From Monocercomonoides exilis PA203 (lineage: Eukaryota > Protista > Preaxostyla): a DNA stretch of 64,000 nucleotides. The translations under genes were made by a program, and so were the position numbers. Where the stretch lies: assembly GCA_001643675.2 (NCBI GenBank), contig LSRY02000030.1, forward strand, positions 310,001-374,000. The letters are read 5' to 3'. This document shows, one piece after another, positions 46,150 to 64,000 of this stretch. Numbering within the stretch: position 1 is the first letter of the stretch; the number at the start of each line of letters is the position of its first letter. The notes beneath the pieces are model-generated. The model saw nothing but the letters and a program-made list of their open reading frames with translations. It was not told the DNA's origin and did not search any database.

Positions 46150-46800
46150 TTCTTTTCTTTTGACTTCTCTGCTTCAAAATAATTTGCTGATTGCTTCCTC
46201 GAGTGTTTTCTAATCTTCAAAAAAAAGTGTTTATGCATGAATAGGTTCGACACAGCAACTACTCGAATTTGACAATTTCACTTTATTCTTCAAAAACACC
46301 TGTCAGGCACAGCAGACAACCTTATAATCGCAAAAGCGCATAATCAAACTGTAAGCGTTCGGACAGAGGTAAATAATTCGTTTTGAATCATTGAAGGAGA
46401 TGGCTTTCTGTAAAATCTCATCAGATAACGAATAAATCGTGTTGCCTTCAAGCCATGGATTGGAATTCAAATTGTCGCAGAGAGCAGAATATAACAAATT
46501 GGCTTAAAATTATTCATCTTTCTTTGGGCATGCATGTGACATGATTTTTCATCGTCTATTTTGACAGCATTCAATCGATTAATAATTAATAAGAAACAGC
46601 ACAGGCTTTGATATGGATGTATTTTGCAGAAATGCACCATGCAGCAATACGCCCACAAACATATTTGGTGTTTATTTCGTCTGCTTTCACAATCATAGCT
46701 CGACTGTGTCTTTGGTTGGTCATGAAATAACAATCAATTTCCTCATCCATACAAGCGGGAACATGCACCTCAAGCAAAGATTGTCATAAGCCAGATAGAA
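46150..46800 (-). pseudogene. Degraded coding remnant, possibly TRM10-like tRNA methyltransferase
   Basis: Fragments EIDCYF..., NPWLEG..SKRIIYLCPNAYSLIMRFCDYKVVCCA*QVFLKNKVKLS..IHA*TLFFED* loosely follow the TRM10 IIYL(S/T)PD..KVY..G.VD..K.LS...ARLP pattern. Multiple stops and frameshifts. Confidence 0.3.
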
Positions 46801-47181
46801 ATATTTTAGACACATCCAAGGACTAAACAAGAAGCATTCTGGTGTTGTCGATGAAATATTTTAAAAAAAAGAAAAAACAATTTCTCAATAATTATTGTGG
46901 GCTTGAATAATTATTCCTTCAAACAATACGCGTTTTCAATTTGAATTCGATGGTGAAAACATTGATTGCAAATAACTCAAAGTTTGGCAAATGAAAAAAC
47001 AAAAAAGAAAAAGGAAAAGAAAAAATTCATCAAACAAATGTTCTCAAATAAATTCCTGAAACAAACAACTTTTCTCAAAAACAGAATGTTGTGTTTCTCT
47101 CAAATAAAAATATGTGTGGATAATATCGTTTTGAATGGAGTTCGTTGCTGCAAATGTTTATCGCTTCTCTTTTCTCTTCAT

Positions 47182-49493
47182 TCAAGCATGCTTCAGCCAT
47201 CTGTTGAACATTTCCAGCGAATTCGAAACACTCTTCAGCGCAACATCGTCCGAATGAACGAGAAACGCCACAAAAATGTCTTCCATTCCCTCTTCCTCCA
47301 TCGTGTTCAGAACTTTTCCCTGCTCATCGCAACGCAGAGATGCTGAAGAAGCAGGAGAGAATGCCAATGAAGATGCTGAAGTTGGAGAACTCGAACAATG
47401 CTCGTCTGCCTCAGAGGCTCGGATAGCAGGTCCTCTGGCTGATTGCAAGTGAGGAGAATGCTGTGAAGATCCTGGTTTTTCATCGTGTTTGCTTTCTCTT
47501 TCCTTTTTTTGAATCTCAGCCAATTCCTCTCTCAGAACACTCTTCCTTCTTTCCATTTCCGCATACCCAATTCCTGTTGCAGATGCGCCTCTTTCTTCGT
47601 TTTCTGTGTGTGCTTCAACTTCTTCTTTGTCTTCTTCTTCGTCTTCTTCACATTCCTTCTCTGTTTTGCCATCTTCCCTTTTCTCCTTCGCTTTTTCCTC
47701 TTTCACTTTGTTTTCACACTCTCTGACAATGGCTGTCTCTATTGCCCACAGCATCATCTGCACTCCCGTGTCTTTCAGCCTCCCCAGCCTCTTTATCATC
47801 CTCCCAACCACACCTTCTGCAGGCGCCTGTCCAGCTGCCCTTCTTTTCTGCATCTTCTGATTTCCCTTCTTTTCTCTATCTGCACATTTCTCCTTCTCAA
47901 TCCCCACCGGCTCTTCTTTCTCTCCAATTCTGCCTTCGTTGCACTCCAGCTCCTCCTCCTCCTCCTCCTCCTCCTCCTCCTCCTCCTCCTCCTTGCTGTC
48001 TTCTGCATTTTCGCTGTGTGTTTTTGTCTTCTCGCAAACAGACAAGCACGACTCCAACAGAAACGAGAGTTGTCGAGCAGAGCAGCTGTAAAATATGTTT
48101 CGAAGAAGAAACAGGGAGTTGATGTGAATGTTTGAAATCCTTGAAATGTTTGAAGAAGAAGAAGAAGATGATGATGATGATGATGATGATGATGAAGACG
48201 ATGAACTCTCATCATCAGTTTCAATGCAAACTCCTTCATATTCCAGGCAATCAAATATCAAGTCAACAACAGACTTCTCTTTCATCCTTCGTTTGACCAG
48301 CTCATCGGCAAACTCGCTCGAGTTGTAAGCCAACCGCGCTGCCACAAACAACCCCAGAGAGGCCAGCTTCTCTTTTTCACTCACAGAAAACTTCGAAAAT
48401 GATGAGACCTGATGCTCACCAGAGGGCATCACTGGATTTGAAGCACCCGATGAGCTCGATTTTCTTGGGCCCGCAGAACAACAAGCAGGATTCAACGCTG
48501 TGTCCATGCTCTCCAATGGATGTGGCTCCATTTTCTCTTCTTCCTCGCTTTTGGATGAATTGCAGCTGCCAGCATCACTCCATTGCAAGCTGCACAGCAT
48601 CTTCATGAGCATGTCAACAAAGCTCAACTCAACCAATTCTCTGGCAACATCCTCGTTTCGCATGGCTGGCTGCGAAAGAACACGCAGACTCCAAAGAATA
48701 ACAGAATAAGCCGGATGCAAAATGCAATTGCAAACAGAACGCGCTGCACCAAGAGGCAAAACAACGCTGCGGCAGGCTCAACAGAAAAATCAAAGATGCA
48801 AACAATTGAATGATAACATGAATAAAGAAGTCGTCAAATAAAAAAAATAAAAATAAAAATATATTTGGACGTGGCAAACCATCGACTGTTGTCACACAAA
48901 ACAAAGCCTGAAGACTCAAAACAATATAATCCGGTGAATTTTTGCAAAATGAGTCTGGCCCAAGTGAATCAATAATGGCGCGTGCATAAGGCAACAGGCT
49001 GGCATCTGCTCCGCAGGTAGGATAATGAATCAGACACCACAATATCGAGCTCATCGAAATAATCTTCTCAGAAAAGGGGAATCTGTGCCGCACATCTGAA
49101 ATAAATCGCTCCAAATGCCCAAACGTGTAATGGCGCGGAAGCAAAGGGGCCAACTCGTCGGACGAAGGATCAATCAGCCGAACAAGAACGGTGCTGATAA
49201 TTTAGAGTTACAATCCCGTTTCATCCGCGCAGTCTTTGCAGCGGAAAGACATGAGCGCATTCCATGTCACAACATCAAATAGATCAACGAATTGGCCCGA
49301 TGCGTTTGATCCCAGCATTTGCTGCATCTCGGAAAGTTGAGCGAAAGAAACATTCTCTCGCCGAGACAATTTGCAGACGAAATCTTCAACAACAAAAATG
49401 CAACCACGTCACAGGAAAAAGGAAATAAAATCAAATCGCTCAACCTCTAAAACGCACAATTGAATCAGAGCATGCCTCCTGACTTTCTTGCAT
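47182..49493 (-). CDS. Hypothetical alpha-helical (ARM/HEAT-like) protein, 4 exons, ~712 aa
   Basis: Exons 49493-49445, 49383-49212, 49193-48871, 48776-47182 join in frame (2139 nt) via GT-AG introns, one only 18 nt long. Helical segments such as VILWSLRVLS..VARELVELSFVDMLMKML, LFVAARLAYNSSEFADELV and SLFLLRNIFY are ARM-like. Confidence 0.7.
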
Positions 49494-50765
49494 TAAAAAG
49501 ATTTGGCAAAATTTAGAAATAATTATGGGAATTTGAGATTTGGGAAATTGTTTTTTTTTAAGAAGAATTTGAGAACGAATAAAAGTGAGAGGGTTGTCTG
49601 GTCTCAGTTCAATGCACTTAAAAAATGACCACCTTTATTCTGTAAAAGGATACTTGTTTACAAAAAAAATATTTTCGATTTTGATTTTTCACTCTTCTTT
49701 TTTTGATTTTAATGTTTGTTTATAATTTCAAAATTAAAGAAATAGAAAAGGAAAAAAAGATAAATATGAAAGAGAAACCTATATTTTGAATTATTTTAAA
49801 ATCTCTATTTGTAATCTTTCTTCATTTTCATCTTTAATTGTTCAAAACACAAAAAAATAGTTTCACTCATAACTTTTTTTCCGCTTTCTCAGATTTCAAA
49901 TAAATTTGATTTTCAAATCTGTCAACAGGCATAATTTATGTTATTGCAAAATGTTTTGTGATCCCACCCGTATTTCAAAAAATAAAAACATTTATTTGCA
50001 TCAGAATTCTTGCATTTATGAAAAAATATATGATTTGTTCCATCAATTTCTGTATCGAATACTAACAATTCTAACATTCTCATGCAAAATAAAAAATTTA
50101 AATTTTAAAAAGTTGAGGAAAATCTTTGTAAAGATAGAGTGGAACAAAATTCAAAAAGCAAAAAATTTCGTCTTATTTCAAATTTTTTGATCACAAAAAG
50201 TTAATAAAAGGTGCAAATTTATTCAATGAAAAAGCTTGAAGTTTCATATTTTCCCACATATAAACTATTTGTGACTTTTTGAAAAGAATAATCTATCTTT
50301 TCACATTGATTTGATTATTCCGATCTTTTTAAAAATGGGTATCAATTAAACCAAATGAGTTTATCGGAAAGATTATTTTGTTTTTTTTGCTTTAAAAAAA
50401 TGAACTAAAAAAAAAAAGTTTTTGAAAATATATTATTCGAATCAAAATAGTTAAGTTTTCAAAAATTTATCTTGTTTTTTTTTATTGAAAAATTTCATCG
50501 CATATTATCATTATTTTTCAAAGCACAAAAACATAATCAAAACCAAACATGAAAAAATTTAATTGAAACTTTATTATAAACTTTCTTTCATTCGAAATTA
50601 GCAAACAGTTTTATCTACGAGTTTTTGTTTCATTTCTGTTTAAAAAATTAGTGTTCAAAAAAATCAAACGATAACTTAACCAATAGAAAAAAATATTATT
50701 GTGGGTATTTTTCCTTGAAATCGTCTGTTCCATTGTTTTGAAGAAAATCTCATTGTGAAAATGCT

Positions 50766-60418
<9,653 letters not shown>

Positions 60419-61577
60419 ATAATTTTTTATCAGTTTTATTTCTGTTAATTGAAAAATATAACCTTAATTAAAATTTTATATAATTTAAATTATTTTTGTA
60501 ATTTATTTGTGGCTTATTTTTGTTTTAGGATGTTTGCTTTTTGAAATTATTTGTATTTTTTAAAAATTTTATTTTTGATCATATATCCCATGATTCAGTT
60601 ATTAAATGCAATTTTCAGGATATAAGGAATTTCTCTATATTGAGAAGTTTAACTGAAATCTCATCAATTTGAAGATTGCGGCTCCGTGAAGTTAGCCTTG
60701 AGGGGATGATTTCAAGGGGGAAGGTCTGAGAGATTTTCGTTCCGTGAGGAAATGTTGCGAAAGTAATATTGTGTGAATGTATTATTGCGAATAGCAATAA
60801 ACCAACACACTGACAGAAGTAGGAGAAACAAACAACAACAATTTGCCAGTCGAGTAAAATCGATTTGTAGGATTGTCCGTTGGCTGAGAGGTGACTTCTG
60901 GCTGTATGTTTCCCGACTCAGAAGAATGTATTGGAAGATGAATCCTTCTTGGATGATTCAATGCAGGACTCTGGGATGGTCAACTGTAGTCGAATCTGCA
61001 TATGCAGGTGATGGTTTGCTCATTGAGTAAAGGCATTGTCTGCTATCACCCAATTCAGACTACTTCAGATTGGTTTGCTTCAGTTCTATTTTACAAGATA
61101 GATTGAAGTGGTTTTAGCTAAAATTTTAAAGTAATTCATGAGCAAATGTTCTGATAAATTTTTTTGAAATTAATTTGATGGTTATGAAATTGGTAAAGTT
61201 AGATCCTTCATTACTTCGTTGTTCCAAGCTCCAGATCCTTTCTTCTTCCAATTGTTTTCTTTATTTGGTGATTTTTTTTGGTGAGATGATAGAAGTGATA
61301 CATGTAACATTTTCATGAATAAACAAGAGTGAAGCACATTTCCGTTCAAGGACAATATAAAATAAGGCAATAAACATTGAAAAAAGAAAGAAATTGGTAA
61401 TTTGTCAATCACCTTGGAAAATAATAATAATAATAATAAACAATAATTTGAAAAAGATAATTCATCAATAATTATACATAGTGCAACGCGCCAAAGGCAT
61501 AAAATGAATGCACAGTTGGTGTTTCTACATAATTCTAATGGAGTTTATCGAAATAAAATCAAAAGCAAGAGAAAATC

Positions 61578-64000
61578 TCAAAATTGTCCTCTTTTCAAAG
61601 CCAAACGCTTCATTCTATCGGTTGTTCCTTTAAGGGAAAAAAAATATAGACATTAAAGTCACAAAATGTTAAATGTCAATTCGAAAAAATCAAAAATAAT
61701 TACATTTCAAATAACAAATAAATTGTTTTCAAATAAAAATAAAAGTTCAAACCATTTTTCGCTCCAGCTCCCGTTGATGAAAAATCAGCTGCAGGAACAT
61801 GTTTCTCAACAGCTTTCATCTTCACATCATAAAACACATCCATGCTTCCAGGCACCGTCCCTGTCACTCCACTCAAGCTCTTGTCTTTCCTTCCATTTCC
61901 CTGTTTGTTCTTTCGAATACCCCCAACTTCCTTTCCTGCTCCACCATAACTCTTTGAAAATGAATGAAACGCGGTTGTGGGGAGTTGACTTGAGTATGAC
62001 ATATCCTTCTGTCCCAGCTTCCCATCTGCAAAACTTCCACCAGCATTCACACCCGATGGCAATGAAGAAGAAGAAGAAGAAGAGGAAGATGATGTTGATG
62101 AAGTTGCCCCATTTCCCTGTGCCATAAAGAAAGCAGCCCCTGGCGCATGGCTAACAGACACAGCGCTTCTCGGCAGCTGTGCCGCAAACTCGTTCTGCCC
62201 AATGCTCCCAATCTGCTTAAAAGTCAGCGAATCTGCTTTCTCCGGGTGATAGAATACATCTGCTGGCTTGTCAAACCATCTGTTTGGATCGTCCTCTTCT
62301 CTCGAAGGAGTCGACCAGAACGGAACTGTCTTCACATGCTGTCTCATTCCGGACGAGACGAGTGTGAAGTCAGAAGAAGAAGAGCCAGAGACAAATGTGG
62401 AGGCTGTGAGAGAAAGCGGAAGTTCATCGCCTGCTGCTGTTTTTAAGCCACTGCTTTCGGTTTCTTGTGCCACTCCCTCAGAACGTGAACGAGGCGTTCC
62501 ACTGGGAAATGGAGAAGAAGACAAAGAAGGCGACTGTGAAGGGGAGAAAGTGGAGCGGAGAGAGGAAGGATGGCGGGTGAATGAAGACGAGGCTGCTCTT
62601 CTGACAGCTGGCGGAGAAGCAGCAGGGTCGAAGCGAGAGGTTGCCAGAGGAGATGAAATGGGCGAGACAGAAGCAGAACGAGGCGAAAGTGCAGGCGAAG
62701 AAAAGGGAGAGTTGTCAGAAAGAGATGGGGAGGCTGTTCCAGAGGCAGTGGGAGCAACAGCTGTGGCAGAACGAGGAGTGGAAGAAGAAGGAGAAGAAGA
62801 GGCAGCAAGTCTGTCAGTTGATTGAGGTGAAGCAGAGCGTGACGTGATCAGCAGCTGCTGGTGCTCTGCTATTCTGCTGTATTCGCGCCGCAGCGACTCG
62901 CTCAATGCCACCTGCGGATGCGATCTGCGTGGAGTAGAAGAGGCAGAAGAAGAAGCAGAAAAAGAGGCAGAAGCAGAAGCATTGGCATTGCCAGAACGGA
63001 ATGTGGAGAGCCCTCTTTCCGTGATCACTCCACGTGTTGTGCAGGCAGAGTCTGAAGTGTCATAAGCCGCATTTGCAGCACAAGAGGAGTGTGATGTTTC
63101 TCCCAGCGGAGGAAAAGAAGCAGATGCTGTGAATGTCTTGTGCACCGGCTCGTCTTTGTACATCACCAGCCCCACGGTCTGGTCAGGGCAGTAATCCAAG
63201 TCGTTTGTTAGAGGCTCTTCAGCACTTCTTCTCCCCGACATCGCTGAAAAGTCCACACCGCACAGAGTTCTACTCCTCCCGCTCAGATGATCGAGCACTT
63301 CTGTGCTCATTTCCCGCGCCTGCCTCTCTTCCTCCTCGGCTCTCTCCCTAATCATTCTCATGCTCCTCTCCTTTGCAGCTTCTTCTGTCTCTTCCGACAT
63401 GCCACTCCCTTCCTCGCTTTCTCTTTGCTTCTGCTTCTGCTTCTGAGTCTGCATCTGCTTCAGCTTCAGCACCATACTCCTCAGCTTCCCCGTCGGCAGT
63501 GCTGGAGACAGCAAATCTGTTGTCATCGTTCCTTTCGATTTTTCAAAGTCAACAGCTCCTTTCGGAGAAGTCCGCACCGCCCGCTCAGCTTCATCTGCGT
63601 TGAATCTTGCCTCGCTGGGCGTGTTCCACACCTCGACCTTCGGCACAATGCGCCACGACAGCCGAGGCGTCGCTAGCGTGCGGCTGAGGTCGGCGATCGT
63701 CTTGTTCTGCTTCTTCGACGACAGCAGAGAGAGGTCGTATTTGTAGATGGCGTCGCATCCTTCTCCTCCGCCGCCGCCGGCAGCGCTGGTGCCGCCTGTT
63801 CGTGTCAGCGCCATCGACGTGGCTGAGCGGCTCGACCGCTTCCTCTCTCTCATCTCGCTCACGCTGCGCATCGTCAGCAGCGTACCGTCCTTCAGCACAA
63901 CACCAGTAGAGGATAATGTGGAAGTTAAAGGAGAAGAAGAAGAAGATGATGATGATGGAGAAGATGATGATGAAATGCCAGCCAGAGGCAGATGGATGCC
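61578..64000 (-). CDS. Hypothetical Ser/Ala-rich protein, 5'-partial (continues beyond window)
   Basis: Frame is open from 64000 (GIHLPLAGISSSS...) through the 732-aa ORF. A likely GT-AG intron at 61752-61628 gives a last exon GTTDRMKRLALKRGQF* ending 61578. The 3' exon structure is uncertain. Confidence 0.7.

Noticed and set aside
60610-61560. Possible further exons or a small gene on the minus strand
   Set aside because: Frames are interrupted and several splice solutions are possible; cannot be resolved without transcript data.

Overview
AT-rich, intron-containing eukaryotic (protist) genomic DNA read with the standard genetic code. Gene families and composition resemble the oxymonad Monocercomonoides (inference, not verified). 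Genes: (1) two paralogous giant single-exon type-I membrane proteins with tandem Cys-capped beta-helix-like modules. One (32090-44488, 4132 aa) ends in a degenerate kinase C-lobe. The other (<1-8075) runs off the left edge and is missing from the ORF track. (2) Spliced genes for a TPM-domain membrane protein, a SAPS/PP6R-like protein, a tandem OB-fold-like/coiled-coil protein, an ARM-like protein, a USP7/UBP15-like deubiquitinase, and a partial Ser-rich protein at the right edge. Mobile DNA: a decayed ~4.9-kb DIRS-like tyrosine-recombinase retrotransposon (RT-RNaseH-MT-like plus YR). It has unusually short (35 bp) inverted termini that each carry an internal hairpin, and a long second reading frame overlapping pol. 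There are also three different MITE-like elements in tandem in a divergent intergenic region and a ~650-bp dispersed repeat present twice in inverted orientation. Most short ORFs in the track are antisense or alternate-frame shadows of low-complexity coding DNA.
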